From Squalus acanthias (lineage: Eukaryota), in NCBI GenBank assembly GCA_030390025.1, contig CM059432.1:103418001-103482000 (forward strand): 64,000 nucleotides of DNA, in the 5' to 3' direction. Of this stretch, positions 9,447 through 22,052 are shown piece after piece (the first letter of the stretch is position 1; each line of letters starts with the position of its first letter). The position numbers and the translations under genes were made by a program. The notes beneath the pieces are model-generated. The model saw nothing but the letters and a program-made list of their open reading frames with translations. It searched no databases and was not told the origin of the DNA.

Positions 9447-12400
9447 ATAGAAACATAGAAAAATAGGAGCAGGAGTAGGCCATTCGGCCCTTCGAGCCTG
9501 CTCTGCCATTCAATATGTACATGGCTGATCCTCTATCTCAATACCATATTCCCGCACTCTCCCCATATCCCTTGATGCCTTTTGTGTCTAGAAATCTATC
9601 TATCGTCTTTTTAAATATATTCAGTGACTTGGCCTCCACAGCCTTCTGTGGTAGAGAATTCCACAGGTTGGGTGATTGGGCAGATGCATGGCAGATGCAG
9701 TATAATGTGGATAAATGCGAGGTTATCCACTTTGGTGACAAAAACAGGGAGACAGATTATTATCTGAACAGCAATAGATTGGGAAAAGGGGAAGTGCAAT
9801 GAGACCTGAGTGTCCTTGTGCACCAGTCGCTGAAGGTAAGCATGCAGGTGCAGCAGGCGGTTAAGAAGGCAAATGGTATGTTGGCCTTCATAGCGAGAGG
9901 ATTCGAGTACAGGAGCAAGGATGTCTTGCTGCAGTTGTACAGGGCCTTGGTGAGACCACACCTTGAGTATTGTGTACAGTTTTGGTCACCTTATCTGAGA
10001 AAGGATGTTCTTGCCATGGAGGGAGTGCAGCGAAGATTCACCAGACTGATACCTGGGATGGCAGGAATGACGTATGAAGAGAGATTGGGTCGATTAGGCT
10101 TGTATTCGCTAGAGTTTAGAAGAATGAGGGGGTATCTCATTGAAACTTATAAAATTCTAACAGGACTAGACAGACTAGATGCAGGAAGGATGTTCCCGAT
10201 GGCGGGGGAGTCCAGAACCAGGGGTCACAGTCTAAGATAAGGGGTAAGCCATTTAGAACTGAGATGAGGAGGAATTTCTTCACCCAGAGAGTGGTGAACC
10301 TGTGGAATTCTCTACCACAGAAGGCAGTTGAGGCCAATTCATTAAATATATTCAAGAAGGAGTTAGATATATTTCTTAAGGCTAAAGGGACCAAGGGATA
10401 TGGGGAGAAAGCAGGGACAGGGTACTGAATTTGGATGATCAGCCATGATCGCGTTGAATGGCGGAGCAGGCTGGAGGGGCCGAATGGCCTACTCCTGCTC
10501 CTATCTTCTATGTTTCTATGTTCCACAGGTTCACCACCCTCTGAGTGAAGAAATTTCTCCTCATCTTAGTCCTAGATGTCCTACCCCGTATCCTGAGACT
10601 GTGAGCCCTCCTTCTAGACCTCCCAGCCAGGGGAAACATCCTCCCTGCATCCAGTCTGTCTAGCCCTGTCAGAATTTTATACGTTTCAATGAGATCCCCT
10701 CTCATTCTTCTAAACTCTAGTGAATACAGGCCTAGTCGACCCAATCTCTCCTCATACGACAGTCCTGCCATCCCAGGAATCAGTCTGGTGAACCTTCGCT
10801 GCACTCCCTCTATGGCAAGTATATCCTTTCTTAGGTAAGGAGACCAAAACTGCACACAGTACTCCAGGTGTGGTCTCACCAAGGCTCTGTATAACTGTAG
10901 TGAGACATCCTTACTCCTGTACTCAAATCCTCTTGCAATGAAGGCCAACATACCATTTGCCTTCCTAACTGCTTGCTGCACCTGCATGTTTGCTTTCAGT
11001 GACTGGTGTACAAGGACACCCAGGTCTCTCTGTACATCAACATTTCCCAATCTATCACCATTTAAATAATACTCTGTCTTTCGGTTTTTCCTACCGAAGT
11101 GGATAACTTCACATTTATCCACGTTATACTGCATCTACCGTGTATTTGCTCACTCACTCAACTTGTCTAAATCACCTTGAAGCCTCTTTGCATCCTCCTC
11201 ACAACTCACAATCCCACCTAGTTTTGTGTCGTCAGCAAACTTGGAAATATTACATTTGGTTCCCTCATCCAAATCATTGATATGTATTGTGAATAGCTGG
11301 GGCCCAAGCACTGATCCCTGCGGTACCCTACTAGTCACCGCCTGCCACCCCGAAATAGACCCATTTATTCCTACTCTCTGTTTCCTGTCTGTTAACCAAT
11401 TTTCAATCCATGCCAGTATATTACCCCCAATCCCATGTGCTTTAATTTTGCACACTAACCTCTTAGTGGGACTTTGTCAAAGGCCTTCTGAAAATCCAAA
11501 TACACCACATCCACTGGTTCTCCCTTATCTATTCTACCAGTTACATCCTCAAAAAACTCCAGTAGGTTTGTCAAACACGATTTCCATTTCATAAATCCAT
11601 GTTGACTTTGTCTAATCCTGTTGATATTTTCTAAGTGTCCTGTTATCACATCCTTTATAATACACTCTAGCATTTTCCCTACTAATGATGTTAGGCTTGT
11701 TTTCTCTCTCCCTCCTTTTTTAAATAGTGGGGTTACATTTGCCACCCTCCAATCTGCAGGAACTGTTCCATAATCTATAGAATTTTGGAAGATGACAACT
11801 AATGCATCCAGTATTTCCATGGCTACCTCTTTTAGTACTCTGAGATGCAGATTATCAGGCCCTGGGGATTTATCGGCTTTCAGTCCCATTAATTTCTCTA
11901 GCACTATTTTTTTACTAATACTAATTTCCTTTAATTCCTCCTTCTTACTAGACCCCTGGTTCCCTAGCATTTCTGGGAAGTTATTTGTGACCTCTTCTGT
12001 GCAGACAGAACCAAAGTATCTGTTTAATTGCCTAGCCATTTCTTTGTTCCCCATTATAAATTCTCCCGTTTCTGACTGTAAGAGACCTACATGTGTCTTC
12101 ACTAATCTTTTTCATTTTACATACTTGTAGAAGCTTTTGCAATCCGCTTTTATGTTCCTTGCAAGTTTACTCTCATACTCTATTTTTCCCCTCTTAATCA
12201 CTCTCTTCGTCCTTTTTTGCTGAACTCTAAACTGTTCCCAATCCTCAGGCTTGGTACTTTTTCTGGCAACTTTATATGACTCCTCTTTGGATCTAATACT
12301 ATCCTTAATTTCTTTTGTTAGCCATGGTTGGGACACTTTTCCTTTTGTGTTTTTGCAGCAGAAAGAGATGTATAACTGTTGCAATTCATGCATTTGTTCC

Positions 12401-12655
12401 TTAAATGTTAGCCATTGCCTATCCACCGTCATGCCTTTTAATCCCCAATCTATCATAGCCAACTCACTCCTCATACCTTCGTAGCTTCCTTTGTTCAGAT
12501 TTAGGACCCTAGTTTCGGATTGGACTTCTTCACTTTCCATCTTAATGAAGAATTCCATCATGTTATGGTCACTCTTCCCTAAAGGACCCCACACAACAAG
12601 ATTATTAATTAACCCCTTCTCATTGCACAATACCCAATCTAGGATAGCCTGTTCC
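9447..12655 (-). mobile_element. CR1 LINE (ORF2 endonuclease end to 3' tail), host of a nested CR1
   Basis: ORFs 10508-11134, 11150-11455, 11455-12102 and 12112-12630 ([31 protein letters not shown]). Its 3' tail is at 9447-9669. Confidence 0.93.
9670..10520 (+). mobile_element. Young 5'-truncated CR1 nested antisense in another CR1
   Basis: ORF 9818-10240, tail (ttctatgt)n, and an 11-bp duplication ttccacaggtt at 9659-9669 and 10521-10531. Confidence 0.93.
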
Positions 12656-12796
12656 CGAATAAAAACAGAAAATGCTGGAAATACTCAGCAGGACAGAGAG
12701 CATCTGTGGAGAGAGAAACAAAGTTAACGTTTCAGGTCGATGACCCTTCGTCAGAACCTTTTTTGCTCAACTCTAAACTGTTCTGACGAAGGGTCA
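12656..12796 (-). mobile_element. Penelope-like pLTR fragment with partial inverted copy
   Basis: acagaaaatgctggaaatactcagcagg...gtcagaac has a homologue at 26721. There is a 17-bp inverted repeat at 12741-12757 / 12780-12796. Confidence 0.75.
12722..12757 (-). ncRNA. Minimal type I hammerhead ribozyme motif
   Basis: Minus strand reads GUU-CUGACGA-AGGGUCAUCGACCU-GAAAC-GUU-AAC: both core boxes, stem II, stem I (GUU/AAC) and a palindromic ACGU in place of stem III. Confidence 0.75.
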
Positions 12797-13093
12797 ACAT
12801 AGCCTTCGGGACTCACGCTCCTGGCTGCAGAGAACAGTGTCTATCCCCCTAACTATACTGTCGCCCACGACAACCACCTTCCTTTTTACTCCCCCAACTT
12901 GAACGGCTTCCTGTACCACGGTGCCATGGTCAGTTTGCTTGTCCTCCCCGCAGTCCCATCACATGTCCACAAGGGTTGCAAGAACCTCGAATCTTTTGGA
13001 CAAGTGCAGGGACTGAGGCTCGTGCAATACTACCTCCTGGATCCCCATACCTGCCTCACTCGCAGTCACACCCTCCTGTCCCTGATCACGTGT
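12797..13093 (-). mobile_element. CR1 ORF1 (esterase region) remnant
   Basis: Minus strand translates VVVGDSIVRGIDTVLCSQERESRR, homologous to ORF1 at 16464-17051. Confidence 0.8.
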
Positions 13094-16000
13094 CATAGAG
13101 TCATAGTTATACAGCACAGAAAGAGGCCCTTCGGCCCATCATGTCCACGCCGGCCATCAAGCCCTGTCTATTCTAATCCCATTTTCCAGCACTTGGTCCG
13201 TAGCCTTGTATGCTATGGTGTTTCAAGTGCTCATCTAAATGCTTCTTGAATGTTGTGAGGGTTCCTGCCTCTACCACCCTTTCAGGCAGTGAGTTCCAGA
13301 TTCCAACCACACTCTGGGTGAAAAAGTTTTTCCTCAAATCCCCTCTAAACCTCCTGCCCCTTACCTTGAAACTATGCCCCCTGGTTATTGACCCCTCTAC
13401 TAAGGGGAAAAGTTCCTTTCTATCTACCCTATCTATGCCCCTCATAATTTTGTACACCTCAATCAGGTCCTCCCTCAGCCTTCTCTGCTCTAAGGAAAAC
13501 AACCCCAGCCTGTCCAGTCTCTCTTCATAGCTGAAGCGCTCCAGCCCAGGTAACATCCTGGTGAATCTCCTCTGCACCCTCTCCAATGCAATCACATCCT
13601 TCCTATAGTGTGGCGACCAGAACTGCACAGAGTATTCCAGCTGTGGCCTAACTAGCGTTTTGTACAGCTCCATCATAACCTCCCTGCTCTTATATTCTAT
13701 GCCTCGGCTAATGAAGGCAAGTATCCCATATGCCTTTTTAACCACCTTATCTACCTGTCCTGCTGCCTTCAGGGATCTATGTACATGCACACCAAGGTCC
13801 CACTGATCCTCTGTCCTTCCTAGGGTCCTACCATTCATTGTGTATTCCCTTGCCTTGTTAGTCCTCCCAAAATGCATCACCTCACACTTTTCAGGGTTAA
13901 ATTCCATTTGCCACTGTTCTGTCTATCTAACCAACCCATTTATATCGTCCTGTAGCCTGAGGCTTCCCTCCTCGCTATTTACCACCCCACCAATTTTCGT
14001 GTCATCTGCGAACTTACTGATCATACCTCCTACATTCATATCTAAATCATTAATGTACACTACAAACAGCAAAGGACCCAGCACCGATCCCTGCGGTACA
14101 CCACTGGACACAGGCTTCCAGTCACAAAAACAATCTTTGACCATCACCCTCTGCCTCCTGCCACTAAGCCAATTTTGGATCCAATGTGCCAAATTGCCCT
14201 GGATCCCATGGGCTCTTACCTTCTTGACCAGTCTCCCATGCAGGATTTTGTCAAAAGCCTTACTGAAGTCCATGTAGACCACATCAACTGCACTACCCTC
14301 ATCCACACACCTAGTCACCCGCTCGAAAAATTCAATCAAATTGGTCAGACATGATCTCCCCCTGACAAAGCCATGCTGACTATCTTTGATTAATCCTTGC
14401 CTCTCTAAGTGGAGACTAATTCTGTCCCTCAGAATTTTTTCCAATAATTTCCCTACCACTGATGTTAGGCTCACAGGCCTGTAATTCCCTGGTTTATCCC
14501 TACTACCCTTCTTGAATAATGGTGCTATGTTAGCTGTTCTCCAGTCCTCTGGCACCTCCCCTGTGGCCAGAGAGGTACTGAAAATTTGTGTCAGAGCCCC
14601 TGCAATCTCCTCCCTTGCCTCACACAGCAGCCTGGGATACATCTCATCTGGGCTTGGGGATTTATCCATTTTTAAGCCCGCTAAAACCGCTAGTACCTCC
14701 TCCCTCTCAATACTAATTTGTTCAAGTATATCACAATCTCCCTGCCTGATTTCTATGCCTACATCGTCCTTCTCCATAGTGAACACAGATGCAAAATATT
14801 CATTTAAAACCCCACCTACATCTTCTGGCTCTACACACAGATTGCCACTTTGGTCCCTAATGGGCCCTACTCTTTCCCTGGTTATCCTCTTGCCCTTAAT
14901 ATACTTATAAAACACCTTGGGATTTTCCTTTATTTTGCCCGCCAGTGTTATTTCATGCCCCCTCTTCGCTCTCCTAATTTCTTTTTTAAGTACCCCCTGC
15001 ACTTTCTATACTCCTCTAGGGCTTCCACTCTTTTTAGTCCTTTGTATCTGCCAAAAGCCTCCCTTTTTTTCCTAATCCATTCTCGTATATCCCTTGACAT
15101 CCAGGGTTCCCTGGGCTTGTTGGTCCCACCCTTGACCTTTACGGGAACATGTTGCCGTTGTACTCTCTCTATTTCCTTTCTGAAACACTCCCACTGCTCT
15201 GATGTGGATTTTCCTACAAGTAGCTGATCCCAGTCCACTTTGGCCAGATCCTGCCTTATCATATTAAAATCGGCCTTCCCCCAATTTAGAACCTTTATTT
15301 CCAGTCCATCTTTGTCCTTTTCCATGACTACCTTAAAACTCAACGAATTATGGTCACTATCACCAAAATGCTCTTCTACTAACCCTTCTACCACTTGCCC
15401 GGCTACATTCCCTAGAATTAGGTCCAGTACCGCCCCCTCTCTTGTAGGACTTTCTACATGCTGGCTCAAAAAGCTCTCCTGGATGTACCTTAAGAATTTT
15501 GCACCCTCCAAGCCTTTCACACTCTGACTATCCCAGTTAATATTGGGGAAGTTGAAATCCCCTACTATTATTACCCTATTATTTCTACACTTCTCTGAGA
15601 TTTGCCTACATATCTGTTCCTCTATCTCCCTCTGACTGTTTGGGGGCCTATAGTACACTCCCAGCAAAGTGCTTGCCCCCTTTTTGTTTTTAAGTTCTAC
15701 CCATATGGCCTCATTAGAGGAACCTGCTAAGATATCATCCCTCCTTACAGCAGTAATTGACTCCTTGATTAATATTGCGACACCCCCTCCTCTTTTACAC
15801 CCCCCTCTGTCTCGCCTGAAGATTCTATACCCGGAATATTGAGCTGGTCCTGCCCCTCCCTCAACCATGTCTCTGTGATAGCAACAATATCATACTCCCA
15901 TGTGTTCATCAACACCTTCAATTCATCTGCCTTACTCGCAAGACTCCTTGCATTAAAATAAATGCCAACCAGCCTTGCCATACTCCCTTGTGCCGTTATA

Positions 16001-17731
16001 TATTTGCTCTGCCTTCCAGGCTGACTTGTTTTTTCCTCTATATTTGGCTGTGCATCACCCCCTACTATAGCTCCACTCCGTATCCCATCCCCCTGCCTAG
16101 TTAGTTTAAACCCCCCGCAACAGTACTAGCAAACCTCCCAACAAGGATGTTGGTACCGTTCCGGTTCAGGTGCAACCCGTCCGACTTGTACAGGTCCCAC
16201 CTTCCCCAGAAGCAGACCCAGTGATCCAGGAAACTAAAGCCCTCCCTCCTGCACCAACTCTTTAGCCACGCATTCATCTGCTCTATCCTCCTATTCCTAT
16301 ACTCACTAGCACGTGGCACCGGGAGTAATCCAGAGATTACAACCTTTGACGTCCTGCTTTTTAATCTGCTACCTAGCTCCCTAAATTCTTGTTGCAGGAC
16401 CTCATCCCTCTTTCTACCCATGTCGTTGGTACCAATGTGAACCACAACCTCTGACTGTTCGCCCTATCCCTTCAGAATACCCTGCAGCTGTTCAGTGACA
16501 TCCTTGACCCTGGCACCAGGGAGGCAACATATCATCCTGGAGTCACGTCTGCAGCCACAGAAATGTCTATCTGTTCCCCTTACGATAGAATCCCCTATCA
16601 CTATTGTTCTCCCACTCTTTTTCCTCCCCTCCTGTGCAGCTGAGCCACTCGTAGTGCCACGGACTTGGCTCTTGCTGCATTCCCCAGAGAAACCATCTCC
16701 CCCATCAATATCCAAAACGGAAAATCTGTCGGAGAGGGAGATGGACCCAGGGGACTTCTGCACTACCTTCCTAGTTCTTTCACTCTGTCTGGTGGTCACC
16801 CATTCCCTGTCTGCCTGTGCACTCTTTACCTGCGGTGTGACCACCTTGTTAAACGTGCTATCCACGAAGATCTCAGCTTCATGGATGCTCCACAGTGACT
16901 CCAGCCGCAGCTCCAGCTCCGAAACGCGGATTTCGAGTAGCTGCAGCTGGAGACACTTCCTGCACACGTGTTCGCCCTGGACATCTAAAGTGTCCCTGAC
17001 TTCCAACATAGCACAGGAGGAGCACTCCACGCTGCCGAGCTGCCCTGCCAAGTCCTACCCTTAATTTACTCCCTTTAAATTAAAGAATATTAAATACAGT
17101 AGGGACCTTACTTCCCTTTAAACACTACTTACTCTAAACTAGAGACCTTACTTTTACTTTAATGACTGGAATGTAGAAAAACTGTAGAAATACTCACTGC
17201 TGGTTCTCTGTCCCCTCTTGTGCAGCTTTTTAGCTCCTGCTCGCCTGGAAGCTGACAAAGATGGAAAAAGAAAGGAACACCTCCCTCCCCGAACGAACGA
17301 ACGAACGCACTCACGAACGCACTCACTCACTCACTCACTCACTCACTCACTCACTCACTCACTCACTCACTCACCAAACTCGCAGCTTAACACTCTGTTC
17401 TGATCTGCACTCTGTGACAAACTGAACTCTAGCCTCCCTTATTTATATTGCTGAGATTTAAATAAGTGAGCTCTCTGGCAGTTACAGAACCAGATTAGAC
17501 CACTTAATTAATTAATTACTCTCACCTGCTCTCCAGCACAGAGCTTGCTTAGCCTTGCCCAAGCATGGAAGAAACTTAAAACTTGAAACAGTAAATTTAA
17601 ATGCTAATTGCAAGCACACAAGACTAGAATTTATAAAAATAAGAGATTAACCTTTAAGATTTACTCCCTCACTCACCAAACTCGCAGCTTAACACTCTGT
17701 TCCGATCTGCACTCCGTGACAAACTGCACTC
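13094..17731 (-). mobile_element. Near full-length CR1 LINE (5' UTR, ORF1, ORF2, tail) with several frameshifts
   Basis: ORF1 at 17051-16101 has CxxC...CxxC, a leucine zipper and SGNH esterase motifs (GDSIVRG, HIGTND, DGLHL). ORF2 at ~15981-13173 has APE endonuclease (ITETWL, GDFN, SDH) and RT ([12 protein letters not shown]). Confidence 0.95.
17318..17374. repeat. (CACT)n microsatellite in the CR1 5' UTR
   Basis: Visible tetranucleotide run preceded by (GAAC)n. Confidence 0.95.
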
Positions 17732-18274
17732 GAGCCTATTCTAAAGTATTTAATCTAAGGGGTGTGGCTGCCTCCTGGAGCAAAAGGTCCAGGTAATTTT
17801 CTCCCACCCTGATGATAGATGTGTAGATTTTTAATATAATCCAGACAGGTGGACATTAATGATCCTATGACACTATTTGTAGAGCAGAGTTTTCTCCTGG
17901 TGTCCTGGCCAACAATCCTCCCTCTACTAAAAACAAAGGGCTAGAAATTTGGTATTGTCCCGGTTGGGGTGCTAAATTTTAAAAAGTTGCAGAGTTAGCG
18001 CCAAGCGCTAATCCTTCTGACCCCTCCGCTAAATTGATTGTTAGCACTCCAAGAAAGAACTGGAGCGTTAAATTAAGTGCTAATCACCTAACTTAGGGTG
18101 CTACCCACAGAGCGATAACCAATTTGAGGTGCCCTCCAATCGGGACTCATCATTCACACTGGCTCCTTCCAGTTCTTAAAGGGAAGGTTCATTCATTCAG
18201 CACAAACTCATTCTCAACATTGCTGGCTCTGAAGGTGACCTCCAAGCAACTCACCAGCTACACCTCTTATCCTC

Positions 18275-20133
18275 ATGGCTGACCCCAGTCCCAGGGAGAG
18301 AGCTCACCGTTTCAGCAACCAGGCATTGGAGGTATTGGTGGTGGCAGTCGAAAGAAGGAGGGCAGTGCTGTTCCCGGTCACTGGCAGGAGGCCATTGCCC
18401 CAGGTCTTCAGGGCAATGTGGAGCGAAGTGGCCCAGGACATCTCGGCCAGTAGTGTGGTCCTCAGGATTCTCAAACAGTGCCTTAAAAAATTCAACGACC
18501 TCACTCGGGTGGTCAGGGTGAATACATGCTTCAACAAGTCCTACATACCAGCATCTGAACCTCAGTCTGTACACACTGCACAAACCACCACACCCCCACC
18601 ACTCACCCACCAAGCATCTCCACCTACCAAAACTCACATCCACATCTCACGCCTTGCCTACAATCACAGCTATTCAACTATGGCAGGCACATCTCCCAAA
18701 CACATAGCTGCACACTCACTCACACACTTTCCTTTCTCTTGCAGGCCAAGCTGGCCCACAATAGGAGGGAGCAGGAATGCACAAGTGGGGGTGAATCGGA
18801 CATCCAACAGCTTACAGACCTGGAGGAGCGAGTGCTGAGAGTCATTGGGCGCCAGGTGGTGGGCGCCATGGCCGTCGGCCCTTGGGGACAACGACAGTAT
18901 GTTCATCCCCTCTCGTTCTGTTATCCCACTTCCCCCTCACACCACAAGCCTTTCCCACTTTCCAGCTCATTATACTGTCTGCATTCCTTGCTCCCTTCCT
19001 GCCCCCCTGCTCTCACCTTAACGCAAGTCTTGTGCCTTTATGCTTTGCGGTAATCAGCAACCAGCTGACCAGCCTGTCCCTGAGCCTCCCAGTGAGAGTG
19101 AGGCGAGAGAAGGGGAGGACGAAGAAACCACCGCGCCACTGCATGTCTCACCCGCAGGCACCACCTCAGATACTGCAACTACGCGATCTTTAGAGGCAAG
19201 TTTAGCAGAGGGGTCTGTACTGGCTGATGGACCGGGGACGAGCGGGCTGCAACAAGGCCAGGGGGAAAGGGTAGCTCGGGAGCCAGCTCCCCGGAGGGCG
19301 AGTTCTGCTGCACATGACTCAGATGAGGACCTCGATGGGGAGGCCTTTAAAAGAAGGGTGATGGGCATGCACACGGAGATGGTAGGTGCAATGGCAAGGG
19401 TGCCCGAGAGCCTGTCGGCAATGGTAAGGTGCGTGGAGGACAGAGCTCTGCGCACACCATGGAGCCCATCCTTGTCAGTTTGCAAAGGATGGTGGACTCC
19501 CTGAGAGATCGTGGCGACCCAGACCTGATGCCGCGTGTCATGGGCGATATGGCAGCAACCATTGCAGCACAGGCGGAAGCGACACAACGTCTTAGCGCTG
19601 TAATGCAGTCAATGATTGCTGCCATCGAGTCTGAGACAGCTCTCATGCAGTCTCAGCTTGATGCTACACAAGCTCTGACTGCTGCCATCGTCGCTGGGTC
19701 CACCACGATCCACCGGGTATCTCACGATGTTGCAGCAGGCCTGCAATCTGTGCTCCAGCAGATTGGTAGGGATGCTGAGGTGCTGCCCCGGGCGAGTGGC
19801 AGTGGGTCAGTGGAGCAGGAACCTGCTGTCCCCTCTCAGGATGACAGCATTCCTGCTCCCACTGCCACTCTGCCATTGCCCTTGTCACTGCCTGTCATCC
19901 AGCCAGGCCAGACTGCCGCCGCCCAGCCTGAGATGGTGCAGTGTGCAGCCGGGCCTTCCAGGCTCAGAGCTGGTCGAGGGCGTCCTGCAAGGCCACCTGT
20001 AGTCTCTGGCACTGACACTCAGCAGCTTTCCACCAGCCCTGCTGCAGCCACTGGGAACAGGCTATGTAGGAGCACTGGATTAGGAAAAAGGATTGTAAAG
20101 ATTGTAAGGGTTTGCACAAGTGTCATTAGTTAA
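18275..20133 (+). pseudogene. Harbinger Myb/SANT-like DNA-binding protein gene, spliced and frameshifted
   Basis: Exon 1 (18275-18517) reads RFSNQALEVLV...WSEVA...QCLKKFNDL. A phase-0 GT..AG intron (18518-18744) leads to exon 2, AKLAHNRREQECTSGG. The third exon starts near 19051 and is frameshifted near 19435. Confidence 0.82.
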
Positions 20134-20291
20134 TATTGTTGTATATATGTGTTTTCTGAATGTTGATAAATTTATTAATGGAATTTTGCAGAACTTGTGC
20201 TGTCTCTCATTTCAGCTTTGCGCTGTGATATGGCATGTGAAATGGATGGAATGATGGGGATGTGGTGAGCAACCGGGATGTGGAGTAGAAT

Positions 20292-21457
20292 TTATTGGAA
20301 CCGCAGTCTGATGAGGCGATCACGGACTGCCCTTCCAGAAGACCGATTGAGTGGCTGCTTCCTCCCTCGCTGCAGTTCCTCCTCCTCCTCCTCCTCCTCC
20401 TCCTCCTCCTCCTTCTCTCCCTCTTCCTCCTCCTGAGGTGCTCCCGCTATGCCTGGTGTCAATGGCTGGGCCCTCATGATGGCCAAGTTGTGCAGCATGC
20501 AGCACACCACGACGAAAAGGGACACCCACTCCGGCAAGTACTGGAGGGCTCCTCCCGAGCGGTCAAGGCAGCGGAACCGTTGCTTGAGCACTCCGATGGT
20601 CTGCTCGATGATGTTCCTGGTGGCGGCATGGCTCTCATTATACCAATGCTGGGCAGGAGTGTTGGGGTTGCGGAGGGGAGTCATGAGCCAGGTGGAGATC
20701 GGATAGCCCTTGTCTCCGACCAGCCAGCCGCGAGCTTGATGTGGTGGCTGGAAGAGTGCTGGAACACCGGTCTGGTGCAGGATGAAGGCATCGTGGCTGC
20801 TGCCAGGATAGCGGGCATTGACTGTGGGGATTCGCTGTCTGTGGTCGCACACCAACTGGACATTAAGTGAGTGGTAGCCTTTGCGGTTACGGAAGATCTC
20901 AGGATTGTTACAAGGTGCCCACAAACGATGTGGGTGCAGTCAATGGCGCCCTGCACCATGAGGAAGCCCGCTATCCTGGCAAAGCCACATGCACACTCGT
21001 CCTGCTTCTCTCTGGTGATGGGGAAGGAAATACAGTCCCTTCTCCTTCTGTAGAGAGCCTCTGTGACCTCCCGGATGCAGCAATGCACGGCGAACTGTGA
21101 GATGTTAGCTATGTCTCCTGCTGCAGACTGGAAGGATCCGCTGGCATAGAAGTTGAGGGCGACGGTGACCTTGACTGCCACCGAGAGCGCCGTGGTGGTC
21201 CTGATCTGAGGCTCGAGGTCTGACTGCAGGAGGTGGCAGAGCTCTGTGACCACCTCCTTGGTGAAGTGGAGCCTTCTAAGACACTGTCCCTCAGTTAAAT
21301 TTATGTAGGAGAAGTGCTCCCAGAATACCCTGGGAGGGTAAGGCCTCCTGTTGAGAGCCCTGTTGGCCCTCCTCCCTCTGGCCACGTTTTCCAATGCTTG
21401 TCTCTGCCTCCGATGTTGATGCTGGAGGGCGAGGTCGAGTCCCAGTACAGCCCCCAT
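20292..21457 (-). pseudogene. Harbinger DDE transposase (HARBI1-like) with one frameshift near 20925
   Basis: GAIDCTHI, NRKGYHSLNVQLVCD, PGSSHD, GDKGYP, RNIIEQTIGVLKQRFRCL, CCMLHN, and an acidic (GAG)n tail. Confidence 0.93.
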
Positions 21458-22052
21458 TAATGTAAGCAACTGTAGGACTTCCAAATGTAAGCAGAATGAA
21501 AGTGACAATGTTTTAGCTGGCAGAACACTCCTGAAAGTTACAAACGTCTATCTCACTCAAAACGGCTGTTTCACAATGTGAAACTGAGCAGGCAGCATTG
21601 ATTGACAACTAAAAGTAAACCGGATGTTGATCCCTTTAAATACCGCCCCTACAGCGGCCATCCGAATGCATCACGCCTCCTCTTCCTGTCGTTGTTCAAG
21701 CCAAGCGCTAAGGCAGGGGGCGACAGAGAATTTTCCATCTGGGCCGTTAACAGGGCCTTCCAAATGCAATGACATCACGATCTGGCATCCGCTAAAGGCC
21801 TAGGCGCTAAATCCCGGGTGAATTCCTCGTACGGCGTTGGATTTGCTACGCCCCATCGCAAACCTGTTAGCGCTCTCCCCCCCGGCGCTAACATGCCAAA
21901 TTTCTCCCCCAAATTGACTTGTCATTCATCTCATTGCTGTTTGTGGGATCTTGCTGTGTAAAAAGTGGGTACCACATTTGCCTATATAATAGCCACATCA
22001 CTTTGAAGTAATTCATTGCGTTAAGCACATTGAGGTATTTCTGAGACACAAT

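Larger units (their letters stand above)
17938..21910. mobile_element. PIF/Harbinger DNA transposon, complete ends, two convergent genes
   Basis: TIRs gggctagaaatttggtat / atgccaaatttctccccc (15/18 match), 3-bp TSD aaa, containing Myb/SANT-like and DDE transposase genes. Confidence 0.92.

Noticed and set aside
13210..15527. Plus-strand ORFs of 100-145 aa
   Set aside because: They are antisense shadows of CR1 ORF2.
17366..17731. CRISPR-like repeat-spacer array
   Set aside because: There are only two units, about 300 bp apart, within a LINE 5' UTR in a vertebrate genome, with no cas genes.
20292..21457. Domesticated host gene HARBI1
   Set aside because: It is frameshifted and enclosed by TIRs and a TSD with a Myb partner, so it is a transposon copy.
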